From NCBI RefSeq assembly GCF_009834535.1, contig NC_045697.1, positions 100,566,001-100,630,000 on the forward strand: a stretch of DNA of 64,000 bases. The letters run 5' to 3'. Of the stretch, positions 52,938-64,000 are shown piece after piece. Position 1 is the stretch's first letter. Every line of letters begins with the position of its first letter. Source of the stretch: Camelus ferus (taxonomy: Eukaryota). Position numbers and translations under genes: made by a program. The notes beneath the pieces were generated by a model. That model saw only the letters and a list, made by a program, of their open reading frames with translations. It was not told the DNA's origin and did not search any database.

Positions 52938-52994
52938 GTACAGAGCTTGGCTTCTCCGCTCTGGGAAGGGAGGTGGTGGTGGTGGCAAGGGCGA

Positions 52995-53011
52995 GGGAAC
53001 TTTCCCCGAAA
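52995..53011 (+). promoter_or_regulatory. Composite kB-like / GAS (STAT) element
   Basis: GGGAACTTTCCCCGAAA: kB-like GGGAACTTTCCC overlapping TTTCCCCGAAA, the same core as the IRF1-promoter GAS. Confidence 0.6.
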
Positions 53012-55119
53012 GCCTGCGCCTCGGACCCCTGCCAGCTCTGGCCTGACCCACCCGTCTCCCCCCGACCGGCGGCCGGTCCGGCCGCCCCGCCCTCTTATAT
53101 GACCGCGACTTCGGTTTTCGGCTACGCTACGTGCAAAGGTGTTTTCCCCTTCTGACCCTTTATTCCTGTCGTGGGCTCTCCTCGCTTCCAGCAGAGCACA
53201 GATTGCTCGTCCACTTGCGGGTCCCGCGCGGTGCCGCCGAGCGCTGCGCTTTTTCCGAGTCGGCGGCTGCGCAGGGCGGCGTGCGCTCCACCGGCAACGC
53301 GCCGGCCGGCGGAGAGGGAGGGACGCGCGCCTCGCTGTCCCCGCTGATCTGCCGGGTTCGGAGGAGGCGAGGTCTCACTGCACAGAGCGCTGAGTTCTGC
53401 ACCTCGTGGAGCTCAGAAAGTTCAAGAAAGGTACTGCAGCTCCCCGCTTCTTTCTGCCTCCCTCCCAAACTCCCCGCCGGCCTGTGCCAACTCGTGTGTG
53501 AGCCCGCTTGTCTGACTCGACCATTGTTAGCAAAATCAAATTACCCTCCTCTTTTTCGTTCTGGACACTTACCTTACTTGGGAGCGGAATTTACAGGAAT
53601 GGTCATCGTTTGACAGTCAGGCTGAGCTTCTGTTGTTTCCAGAAAATCAGTGCTAGAAATTGGGAAGAAATGCAGGAGACTCGTATTGCATTGGAATTAT
53701 TATTCAAGGTTGCTTTAAAATCCAGTTAATTTTTTCAAGTGTTACTGAGATTGCATGTTCCAAAAGTATACAATATATTTGAATTTAATTAATAATATAT
53801 TGAATTTAACTTCAATTTCCATGCATTTAAAATTTTGTCAACTTCAGAGTCTGTGTAAAGCAAGGTTAATTCTTAGATGATGCTTATAAACAGATTCTTA
53901 AATAGAGTGAGCAGAAGTTTTGAAACTGGAAGTAAAGTGGTTGTCACTCGCTATTTACATTATGTTTTGAAAAGCTACTTTCTAATGTTATGACACTGGT
54001 GATGGCATCTCCTTGTAACTGATAGACATCCTTATCTTGTCAGTGTGCCTGAAGAGGCTTTTTTGACCTATTGAATAAACAGATCAGGTCTAGGTGGTTA
54101 CAGCATCCTACTATGCAGAAGATGGACTGTTCTGTGGAAAGCATCCAGGTACAATATACATTAAATTTTGAACTCCTGTCATTTCACTAAAAAGCAGTGT
54201 GGTGGGCATGGTAGACAGAGGCAGGAGGTACAAAGGAAAGGACTAAAGACAAAGTAGTAGCCATTTGAGATTTAAAATGAGGAGAACATTTTAAATTTTA
54301 CTCAAAGTTAGAATACTAGAAAACTCTGAAGGTTTGTTCTGGTTGTGTTTTAATGTCACATCCTCGTATTTCCCCTTACATTTTCTCCTTTCAGAGTTTT
54401 CATCATATTCAGAATGGCCTTTCCAGCAGTACCATCCGCTCTGTGACAGAGAGACAGACAGGGGTTAGTTTGGTGGCTGGTCTGGAACTTGTGATAGGCA
54501 GAGTGTTCCTATACTTTCAGATTCAGTGTTTTCTGCTGATATGGAGTGGAAACTCCAGAACCTGATTTGAAGCTATAGTTCTGGAATTAGGAATTTTCCT
54601 GCAGATTACTGGTGGGTTAAGGAAAACAATTTGCTGCTTTTTGTTTTAATCCATGAAATTAGTGTGTAGATGTCAACAGCTGTATCACAAGACATAATGT
54701 TTGTCAATGAAATGCATGTTTATAAACTTCTTTGGAGGATGCGGGAAAACAAGGGTGTAAAATTGTTTGAAATAGAATTTGATAACTGGAGAGTTTTAAA
54801 ACCTAGAGGATCCTCCCTCTCAGGTTTGCTGGCCCTGGGTGGACTTCAGGAAGGCTGTGAGTGAAGCTCAGAAAAGTTACATGAAGGGGATTTTTCTGAG
54901 GAAAATACCTGTAACTCTAATAAGCTTTTTAAATACATCTCAACTCTTAAACGATTTTTTAAACATTTGAAAAGTTAGAAAGCTGCCCTTTCTTCCTCTC
55001 TCTTTTAAGAGTTTACTGTTTTCTTCGTTATGTAACTATTCTTTTGAAGGTTAGTTAATGATAATACAGAGAGTAGGATTTTAGCCCACAACTTGAACTG
55101 TGAGAAATAGTGAGTCATA

Positions 55120-55335
55120 ACCGACACTTGCTGAGTTCTTCTTACATAGCAGACATTATTCGAAGTATGTGTGTATTTTCAAAAGTTGTCATCATAAACT
55201 TATGATGGTGTTGGGGACTGTATTTTATAACTGAGGAAATTGAGGCTTAGAGTAATGTAATTGAATAACTTCCCCAAAGTCACAGAGCTAGAAAGTGGTA
55301 GAGTTGGAATTTAACCCCAAACAGATCTAAGATCC
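55120..55335 (-). mobile_element. MIR SINE
   Basis: TGAGGAAATTGAGGCTTAGAG...CCCAAAGTCACAGAGCTAGAAAGTGG. Confidence 0.7.
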
Positions 55336-56434
55336 CTGGCACTTATGAATGGAGATGTTATCTCCATAGAAACAGTTCCTGCAATTGGACAGTGACAATC
55401 AACCCCTATTTCATTTTGAGGCAGAGTGATATAATGATAGAATGTTGGTTTTAAAGTAATACTTATGGGGTACTTGTATTGTTATTATTAGTTATATATT
55501 TAAAGATTATCTTTATGATCAAATAATATTCACAGGAGTTTCTATATATGCTTGGCTCCTTGCAGAAAAAAATTTTTATGGTTCCTGAATGAAAACATTT
55601 GTCCAGTTTACATAGTTTTTGCTGATGGAGTTGGACAAATAGTAGGCAAATATGAATTGATCTGTAAGTTTGTATTTATCTATCTAACTGTCTATCCACC
55701 CATCCATCCAAGTCAAAGGCTGGGATTCGTGGAGAGATCAGAAGATTCTCACATATCACAACTGAGGTGCTGTAGTCAAGTATTTGGGAAGTCCCCTTTT
55801 CAGAAGATTTCATGGTCTGAGGGTCGGCAAGAAGCCAGCTTCTTTCTTTAGTTCAATATTTACTCTTAGATTTATTTACTTGGTGGTTACAGATTACTGC
55901 GTGAGCCTGTTGAGGGTGAACATTCCTTCTGTGCTCACTGCTGTCCGGTTTTGTGGATTGGATGAAAAACTCCATAGGAGAGTTGAGAGAACATTTGTGG
56001 GTTCTGCTGGTAGTGTTTACTACTATTTAATGGTGAATTTTATTAATTCATTATAACCAATTTTTCATATATTATTATTTATTAATTTGCTGTATGTCAA
56101 GGAATGTTACTCTTTAGAAAAAAAGTTATTCAGTGCTGGTATCAGAAATAGGAAATAAGAAACTCTTTGCCTCAGTTCAATATAAGGATATTATTGGTAT
56201 GCATTTTCTACCTGGAGGCAGGGTATTATATACATGTATTTTCCAGTGTTTCTTCCCACTGTGAATCTGGTGGTGCCTGGCAGGTCATTGTTAGGGCAGA
56301 GACTGAATATAGACCACATAAAAATGCGTTTAAAAAAACTCTGGATGTTTACTAGCTGGTCGTGTTCAAAGACTGCATAGTTGTTTCTTTTCCAAACCCT
56401 GACAGGAGAGTGACAAAGTATTTTGTCAAATAAA

Positions 56435-56451
56435 GGAACTGAAACTGAAAA
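56435..56451 (+). promoter_or_regulatory. EICE plus ISRE-like composite in intron 1
   Basis: GGAACTGAAACTGAAAA contains GGAAnnGAAA (ETS-IRF composite) overlapping GAAACTGAAA (ISRE core). Confidence 0.5.
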
Positions 56452-56642
56452 TGACCCCAGAAGAGAAAAATATGATGGCTGTAAGATTGGTGGTGGTGGT
56501 AGGGGAGGCAGGGGAAGAAGCTAATTATCATAATGACACTAAAGGAGCCCAGTGACACAGTCAGTGATCCCTTTTATCACTGAAGTCTCCTCACCGGTTC
56601 TTTTGCTCATGTAACTCTGATAAAAATTTGAGAGAAGAAATA

Positions 56643-56893
56643 CGTTGGCCTTTGAACAACAGGGGTTTGAACTGTGAGGTCCACTTCTAGGCAGATTTTT
56701 TTTCAACAGTAAGTCCTGCAGTACTATCAGAAATCAGGGGTCGGCTGAATCTGCGCATGCAGAATTGCGGTTGCAGAACGGCAGGTGCGGAGCCGCGGAT
56801 ACAGGGGAACCAGGACCTCTAGTAAATTACAGCAGATTTTCCACTCAGCAGTGTTGGCGCCCCTGCTCCCTCTGATTGTTCAAGGCTCCGCTG
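56643..56893 (+). mobile_element. Tigger2/MER8-type TcMar MITE
   Basis: TIR-like ends CGTTGGCCTTTGAACAAC and TTGTTCAAGGCTCCGCTG, flanked by TA; internal GGGTTTGAACTG...GGTCCACTT and CCGCGGATAC. Confidence 0.8.
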
Positions 56894-57620
56894 TACCCTT
56901 TGCACACTGTTGGCACTGACCTCTAAAATTTTCAAATAATTATTTTTAATTGAACATTTTGCTTAGATATTTCCAACTTCTTTGATCTCCTTACTCCACA
57001 GCAACAAAGATAAGTACATACATTGAGATTTAATTTTTTAGCAGAATAAGTGTATTGTTTAAAATCATTCTTTATGTTATTTTAAGTGTTACTAGTACAC
57101 AGTTAACCAGAATAACCCACTAGCCTTTGATAAGTAATCATCAACATAAAACTAAACTATATTGGACGTGTATATATGGACGTGGATGTAGGTAGTGCTG
57201 ATATCACTGCTTTGATGAAAGAAGGGAGCTCTAATATTCATTTTAACACCTGTCCCTCCCACCTTGGAGGGCCAAAAGTGCAGAGTAGGATTCTGGATTG
57301 GGAGAGAGATACGCCTCTCTTTTGTAAAATGAGAGAAGGATAATTACGAAAGGGGAAGTGGGAAAAGAGAACTTGCTAGAAATCTGCTTGCCTCAGACAC
57401 ATTTCAGGCACATAATTTATGAAAAGGGGTTCCTATGGAAGTAGCGGATATGGAAGTTCATTTCTTTGGAACTCTCGATAGTCACGCAGATCGTGGAAAG
57501 TTGTGGGGGTTCCCCAGGGTTGTTTGCTCCTCACTTTGAATATCTCTGATCTAGTTCAACCTTATCCCCATCCTCTGTGCTTGATTTCTGGACTGCCATG
57601 GCTCACTGTGCCTAAAAATA

Positions 57621-57622
<2 letters not shown>

Positions 57623-57652
<30 letters not shown>
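57623..57652. repeat. (GT)15 microsatellite
   Basis: Directly visible. Confidence 0.95.
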
Positions 57653-57654
<2 letters not shown>

Positions 57655-58289
57655 GGGCAGTAAAAAGGGGTGTCTGGCTGCTATAGAGGCTTCCCACTGA
57701 CAGCTCTGGTGAGGCTTGGAGAGCCTCTGTAGCCTTATTTCCAATCACACTTCCTCTGTGCTCTAGACACACTTGCTAGATTCCCTTGTCAGCCTTCAAG
57801 TGTCCTGCTTGGAATGCCCACCCTCTCTAACTTCTGCTGCCCTCTTCTACTGCCCAGGCAGAATTATTCTCTCCCTTATATAAGTGTATTTGGTGCTGTC
57901 TGCATCCCCCTACAATAGCCTTTCTCCCTGTAAGTTCACCTTATTGTGTGTCTGTCTCTAAATTTATGTCCTGGGTACCCAGCAGGGGGTTGGTCGTACT
58001 CACTGATTTCAACAATCATTGAACAGTTTGACAGCTGAGCAGAGGAATGCAAAAACAGGTAGGAAACATAAGTAATATAGCAAAACTCATTGCTGGAACA
58101 TTATAATAAAAACATTATTTTAGGAAAATTGGTCTGGGTTAGGATTTATGGAAGAAGAAACAAAAAGGAAAAGAAAAGAAAAGAAAAGACATATTGGAGC
58201 CAAGGAAACCAGCCAGAAATCCGTCGCAGTCATTCAGGGGTGTGGTCTCATTTCTTAACCCATGTTAAATCCAGCAATTAATGCTTGGG

Positions 58290-58900
58290 TCTCTTCCTTG
58301 ATGCCTTGTCAGCAGGACTGGAGAGTTCTTCATTTGCCTTCCTGGCCATCCCCCTCTCCTTAGTTTCCTTTTTTTCCTCATCAACACCTAGTTCAGTCTC
58401 TTTTCTGGTTCTGCACTTCCCTAACCTTTAAATGTAGGCGTCTGAGGGCTCAGTTCCTGGCCTTTTCTCTGTCTTTGCTCACTCCCTTGGTGATCGTTTC
58501 CTGCAGTCTCCTGGCTTTCAGTACCTTCCAACGCTGATACTTCATAAATGTGTGTCTTCAGTCATGGCCTCCCTCTGATCTCCAGACTCGTATACGCAAG
58601 TCTACTCAGCATCCCTGATCGGATATTTAGTATTCATCAGATTCCTGGCTTCAGCCCCTAGACCACTTCCCTCACTACTGCCTTCTTTATCTCACCTGAG
58701 AGCAAATCCGTTCTTTCAGTTGCATGGATAATCAATCAGTCAGTCTTGGAGTTTTCTCACACCCCACATTTAATCGGATTTTCTTACCACCTTCACCACT
58801 GCCACCCGGGTGCAGGCCACCACTCTCATGTCTCATGGCATAATGGCAAGAGTTGGTGTCTCTGTTGCTACCCTTCCCCTCCCTCTCCACCAAGATGGTT
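58290..58900 (-). mobile_element. L2 fragment (resumes ~60480-60880)
   Basis: GCTCACTCCCTTGGTGATC...TCTCCAGACTCGTATA...CACCACTGCCACC; same orientation as the 7.7-9.8 kb L2 pieces. Confidence 0.6.
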
Positions 58901-58954
58901 TTAATTATCTGTTTCCAGTGATCTGCCCTGCCTGCATTAAACAAACAAATAAAA

Positions 58955-60460
58955 CCATGTAACAGACAGACAGAAAACACTCTGGAATGCAGGGGCTTAA
59001 GTGACAGTAATTTGTTATTTGTCATGATTCTACAATCTGGGCGACATTCAGCTGGTTGGCTCCTCCTAGGCTGCTCAGGAATGAAACATTCGAAAAGATT
59101 TCTTCATTTGTGTGTCTGACACCTCAGCTGGGCTGGCTGTGAAGTTAAAGGTTCCTCCTTCGAGCCTTCCTTTTCCATAAGAAATAGCCATCACAGCCCG
59201 TTAGAAATAGCCTGTTAGCCATTACATAGGCCACTCCCTGATCGCAGAGAGTTAATGTTCTAGAGACATTTTGTGTCCGTCTTTTTGTTTAGCTGAGGGT
59301 ACTTTTTTTTTTTTTTGTACAATCTTCTTATAAACCTTGGAGACTCCCTGTAAACTTCATTGAGGTTCATTCCGTTGGGAAAGACATACTTAGAAAATTC
59401 TTAAAGCAGTCTCCAGTTTACTTTGGCTGTAAGTCAGAATGCTGTGGGAAAAGCCCTTAAAATTTTTATAAACACTTTGGTCTCACTGACAGGGTCTAGA
59501 GGTACTCTCTTAAATTTTTTCCAGCTGCATACCTGATTTGATCTTTAACCTGTGAGTACGTTGTGCTAATAGACTTTGGATTTGATCTTTGCCCTAAGAC
59601 TGTTTCTTTCTTTGAGAATCTTTTGCTGCCTTGAGAGGCAATTTTTATTTTCCAACCTAAATGATTTCCTCTAAATTCGGGTTGAGTGATTTCCTCTAAA
59701 TTTGGCTTGAGCGTTTTAGTTCCATTTTCTCTTCCTGTAATTACTCCTCGGCAGGGAAATGAAGCCAGGTATCAAATTCAGAAATCTTCTTAGCCAGGTC
59801 CACAAGTTCATTTGATACCTTTTCTTTCTACCATATTATTGTAGCCAAGCATCTGCCACTATGTTACATGAGTTCCCCTTCCTCCAGCCTCTAATAATAA
59901 TTTCATCACTGCCTTTCTAGCTTCACTAAAAGTGTCCCTGCTACTTACTCCTCAGGTGTCTCCCCATCACCTGCTTTCATGTCAATTTACGTGTCAGTTA
60001 TTAATTGCTATGTAATAAACTACCCCCAAGTTTAGTAGTGTAAAATAAGAGTCCTTTTTATTTATTCAAAGTTCCAAGGTTAGAAATGTGGACAGGACCC
60101 AGTGGCAATGATTTGTGTCTACTCCAGCATGTGTGTGGTCCCAGCTGGTATAACTCCAAAGATCAAGGACTATCTGAGATTTTGTTCAAGAAATTGGGTC
60201 ATTTATATGGGGCCTTAGTGCTGGCTGTTGGCTGAGTTCCTTCATTCTTGGCTTTTCCACATGGCTGCATTGGGCTTACTCACAACATGGTGGCCTCAGG
60301 GTTGTCAAGTTTCTTACATAGTATCCAGCTTCTGTAAAGGAGGAAGTCAGATTCGAGGGGAGAGGACAGAGACTCAGCCACTTGCTGTGTAGAACGTCAT
60401 GCTTGTTTGTGGAAGGAAGACATTGACGGCCACCATCTTTGGCGATAACCAGTCACACGT
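58955..60460. mobile_element. MaLR (MLT1) LTR pieces with probable internal sequence
   Basis: LTR-like pieces at ~58955-59160 and ~59990-60460 (TTGCTATGTAATAAACTACCCCCAAGTTTAGTAG, CTCACAACATGGTGGC). Confidence 0.55.
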
Positions 60461-60967
60461 TGTGGTCCTGTTAAAACATTAATCAGCTCATGCCACACCT
60501 TTATTCAAAATCCTCCATTGCCTTCTCATCTCACTTCAGTAAAAGCCAGATTCCATCAGAGTGGTCAGTAAGGCCTCAGTGATTTGTACCTCTATTACCT
60601 GGTCTCCTCCTCCTCCCTTAGCTCAGGGCTTCAGTCGCACCGACAGCCTTTCTAGCCCTCAACCGTGCTGCTGTGTTCTTGTCTCAGGGTCTTTGAACTT
60701 GCTCTTCCCCCTGCCTAGAATGCCCTTCTCTCAGACATGGCCCACTCCCTTACCTGGTGGGGGGCTCGGCTCAGATGCCCCCCTTGCAGTGAGGCTTTCC
60801 CTGACTGGTGTACTTCATGTTACACTCCCACCAGCCCTCTCTGCTCAAATTCTGCTCCGTACCCATAACTGCCTGATATACTACCAAGTTTATACTACCC
60901 TATCCAAAACTCGGGTTCAGGTGTGTTCAGAATTCAGATTTTTTTCAGTGTTTAGAAAGGTAATTGT

Positions 60968-61357
60968 TATAGACTGAGCTGTGTCTCTCCCTGTCCTCAT
61001 CAAATCTGTATATTGAAGCCCAACCCCTAATGTGACTGTATTTGGAGACAAGGCTTTCAGGGGGTAATTTAGATTAAATGAGGTCGTAAGGGTGGTGCCC
61101 TAGTCCAGTAGGACTGCTATCTCTATAAGTAAAGGAAGGGACACCAGGAGTGAACGTATGTAGGGGAAAGGCCATGTGTGGATGTAGTGAAGACAATGGC
61201 TGTCTTCTAGCCAGAAAGGCAGGCCTTAGGGAAACCAACCCTTCCAGCACCTTTATCTTGCACTTCCAGCCTCCAGACGGTGAGAAAATAACTTTCTGTT
61301 GTGTAACCCACCCTGTCTGTGATGTTCTGTTACGGCCGCCCTCCCAGCGCACACTGA
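60968..61357 (+). mobile_element. MaLR LTR (MLT1A/B-like)
   Basis: CCCTAATGTGACTGTATTTGGAGA...TTAAATGAGGTCGTAAGGGTGG...CTTCCAGCCTCCAGA...GTGAGAAAATAACTTTCTGTTG. Confidence 0.85.
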
Positions 61358-62479
61358 TGGAGCGATACAATGCCTTTGCTGTACCCCATACGACAACTAT
61401 GGTAGATGGTAAGCTTATTCAGGTACCTCCTCCAAAGTGAAATTAAATACAGATTATAAATAGGCTTATGCCAGTTCATGTTTTGTTACTCAATAAATTA
61501 GACAAAGACTTTCAATTTTTAGAGACTTTTTGATGTAAGATTTTTCAGATAAGGGACAATGGTCTTATATATGTTTTATTCACCTATTTCTTTGTTAATT
61601 CCCATCTCTCCCCATTTGTGCACGAGCTACAGGAGAGCATGTGTTTTTGTTATTTTGTTCATCGCTATATCCCCATCACCTGTCAGTGCCTGGTGAATGA
61701 TAGTCTCTCAATAAATACTTGCTGAATGGATGCTAAAGAGTAGGATATTTTAAAAGTAATGGGAAATAAAAGCGCTATTTCAGGAAGATCTAGTTTATTT
61801 ATACATTTCTTTATTTATTGTGTTGCTTTCTTTCCCTCAGCAGTGAATGATTTGGAGTGCCTGGGGTGGGCCAGGCACCGTTCTAAGCCCTTGACTGGCT
61901 TTGGCCCAGTTGGAGGTACAAAGTGCAGGAAGCATCCTGGTGGCTTTGAGATTTCAATCCTGGGAGTCAGGAGAAGCTAACGTTGCAGGAACTGATGTGG
62001 GTTGTAGCAGAAACATGGAGGTGAGGCAGGGAAAGGCATGCACTTCGTTGTGGAAATGTGAGGATTGAGATAAAAGTAGAACATAAAACCAAAAATGCCC
62101 TGTAAGCCATTAGAAGTACTACACTGAAGACTAGCTGAGCTATTTGCAAAAGAGATTTTGGCTCCTGGGCTAATAGTCAGGAATTTTTGACTGAAGCCAA
62201 CTGTCACAATATTTCCCCAGGAGGCAAATGTACATATGGAAGGTTTGGGGTCACATAAGAAGATGATAGGGACTTTACTGAGTTAGGCACCCTGAAAGAG
62301 GAGATGTTCAGGCAGTGTCTTCAAGAAAGGGCTGGCCAGTTTTCAGGTCTTCAGAAGAGAGTGTTAAGCTTTTCACACCTTCTACCCTTTTCTTGCCTGT
62401 CATAGCCACTCTGTCTGCTCCTCTCAGGATGGATTCTAGGTCCCTCATATGCCTATTCTTACCCACACATCTTTTCCTC

Positions 62480-62820
62480 AATTAAAAATTGAGGTATAAT
62501 TGACATCTAACGTTATATGAGTTTCAAGTGTACAGCATTATGATTCAATATTTGTATATATGGCAAAATGATCACATCCCTAAGTTTAGTGAACATGTCA
62601 CCATACATAGTTATGATTTTTTTCTTATGATGAAAAATTTTCAGATTTATTCTCTTAGCAACTTTCAGATATTCACCATAGTACTGTTAAGCATAGTCAC
62701 CATGCTGTACATTGCATCCTCATGACTTATTTATATTATAACCAGAAGTTTGTACCTTTTGACCCTCTGCATGTATTTTGCCCCTCACCTCTGACAACCA
62801 CCCATCTGGTCTCTCTGTGA
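62480..62820 (-). mobile_element. L1 3' end (L1MA-type)
   Basis: ATTGAGGTATAATTGACAT...TCTCTTAGCAACTTTCA...ATAGTCACCATGCTGTACATT...AAGTTTGTACCTTTTGACC. Confidence 0.85.
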
Positions 62821-64000
62821 GTCACCTTTTCTATGAAGTTCTCCTGGCAAAACCCCAACTTTACCCCATCTCTGGCCACCTGGAAATACTGACCGTATCC
62901 CTCCTCTGCGCCATCTCCACTGATGGATCTTTCTCTAAGAATCTGCGGTATATTCTGTATTGACTCGTGTTCAGGCTGTTCCTCTCCTTGGGTAAATGAC
63001 CAAGGTGGTACAAAGGATGACACGAATTGTGATGGTGGAGTTGGTAAGGCTGAAGTTTGGGAAACGCCGAAGTTTGGGAAACGCCACATCCTTATGTGCC
63101 TGCCACCTTGCCTGGTACATAGTAGACCTTTAATTATGTTATTTTTGTTGTCAGTAACCTATCACATTGCTGAGCGGTCAAGTAACATAAGGTTCTGAGA
63201 ACAGGAGTTTGACCAGATTTGACTGGAAATAAATCACTCATGATCACATAGCTATTAGAATCTGCCAGCATTTTCTTTATTGTTAGGGTCAGGACAGGAA
63301 GTAGAAAATTTCCTGAAGGCCCATTTTGGGCTAGGCTGCCAATGGAATCCTTATATTCATGTGTAGGATGACACAGATGAGCTTTTTGAATTAGAATGAT
63401 TTTTTTGGAACTGAAAAAAAAAAGGGATGTTTAATATTTTGTGTCAGTTTTATTAGTTGACAGGATAAATTATATAAATTGCAAAGTAAATGCTTCAATA
63501 AATGAAAGGAATGAGAAGCAAGCCACACCCTAGTCTCTAAATTCTTCACGTAAAAATTCTTTCATTTCCTTAATTCTGCAATATTTGCCAACTATCTTGG
63601 AAAACAAATTCAATTGTACAAAGAAGATTAGAGAAATTTTGTAAGAAATAGTAGTATTATTAATATTGAATTTATTTGGTAGCTCTTTTCCTGAGAATCC
63701 AAGAGAACAAATGTGCAGGCATAACAACATTATTCTGTCACTTAAATATCTGCAGTAATCCCAAATGTCAGATTAAAGAAAAATGTATTATTTCGTATCT
63801 TTTGACTCCTCGATAGCAAGATCTTCATTCTCATTGTTTTGTGAAGGACTTCTAAAACTTTGGACATGCGGTTTTATGATGGCTTATTTGTTTTGATATG
63901 AGGTATTTCTCCTCTAAAATTTGACCTCTGTTAATTCGAAGTGTGTTACTCAGCCTCTGCAGCTCACACGGCATTGGCTTCTAGGCTATGGTTTTGAATC

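Larger units (their letters stand above)
52786..53430 (+). other. IL15: IL15 exon 1, extended form (alternative downstream donor)
   Basis: GCTGAGTTCTGCACCTCGTGGAGCTCAGAAAGTTCAAGAAAG|GTACTG resembles the recalled end of the long human IL15 first exon (GCTGAGTTCTGCACCCAGTCAAGCTCAGGAAGGCCAAGAAAAG). Internal TTTCCCCGAAAGCC and GAGGGACGCGCG are also shared. GT at 53431. Confidence 0.75.
52300..53520. promoter_or_regulatory. IL15: CpG island / IL15 promoter
   Basis: Sharp rise in GC and CpG density against AT-rich flanks. GC boxes (GGGGCGGG ~52337 and ~52652; CCGCCCCGCCC ~53082) and an ETS-like GGAAGTG at ~52472. Confidence 0.9.
53431..64000 (+). other. IL15: IL15 intron 1 (continues beyond the window)
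   Basis: Follows the exon 1 donors; AT-rich and repeat-containing. No IL15 exon 2 or coding sequence recognised before 64000. Confidence 0.7.

Noticed and set aside
53128..53133. HIF element TACGTG
   Set aside because: A 6-mer expected by chance in a CpG island, with no independent support.
52409..53613. Long overlapping ORFs (248, 187 and 160 aa on +; 103 and 102 aa on -) in the CpG island
   Set aside because: Mostly non-ATG starts, low-complexity P/R/G/A content, and open in several frames as expected for GC-rich DNA. The region is the IL15 promoter and 5'UTR, and none resembles IL-15 protein.
1..64000. CRISPR arrays, tRNA/rRNA genes, operons or a prokaryote-type novel system
   Set aside because: The sequence is mammalian. 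I saw no regularly spaced repeat-spacer array and no recognisable structural RNA gene.

Overview
Mammalian genomic DNA, AT-rich and dense in repeats. The young L1 3' ends and the absence of Alu, B1, Bov-A2, PRE1 or Can SINEs suggest a camelid or related artiodactyl (inference). The only gene I can recognise is the 5' end of IL15 (interleukin-15) on the + strand: a CpG-island promoter (~52300-53520) with an IRF element, non-coding exon 1 with two alternative donors (after 52937 and after 53430), and the start of intron 1. The IL15 assignment rests on recalled human IL15 5'UTR sequence, not a database search. No IL15 coding exon lies in the window. The ~52 kb upstream is intergenic: old and young L1, L2, MIR, MER20, MER58, MaLR (MLT1), ERV1-type solo LTRs, and a decayed class III ERV (LTR40/HERVL40-like) with integrase and env remnants. 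No intact protein-coding ORF is supported and I found no new biological system. The most interesting signals are regulatory (IRF, GAS/kB and EICE/ISRE motifs, uORFs, a candidate uORF cassette exon, a DR5 element) plus several small rearrangement scars. Repeat family names come from memory of consensus sequences, and old-repeat boundaries are approximate.
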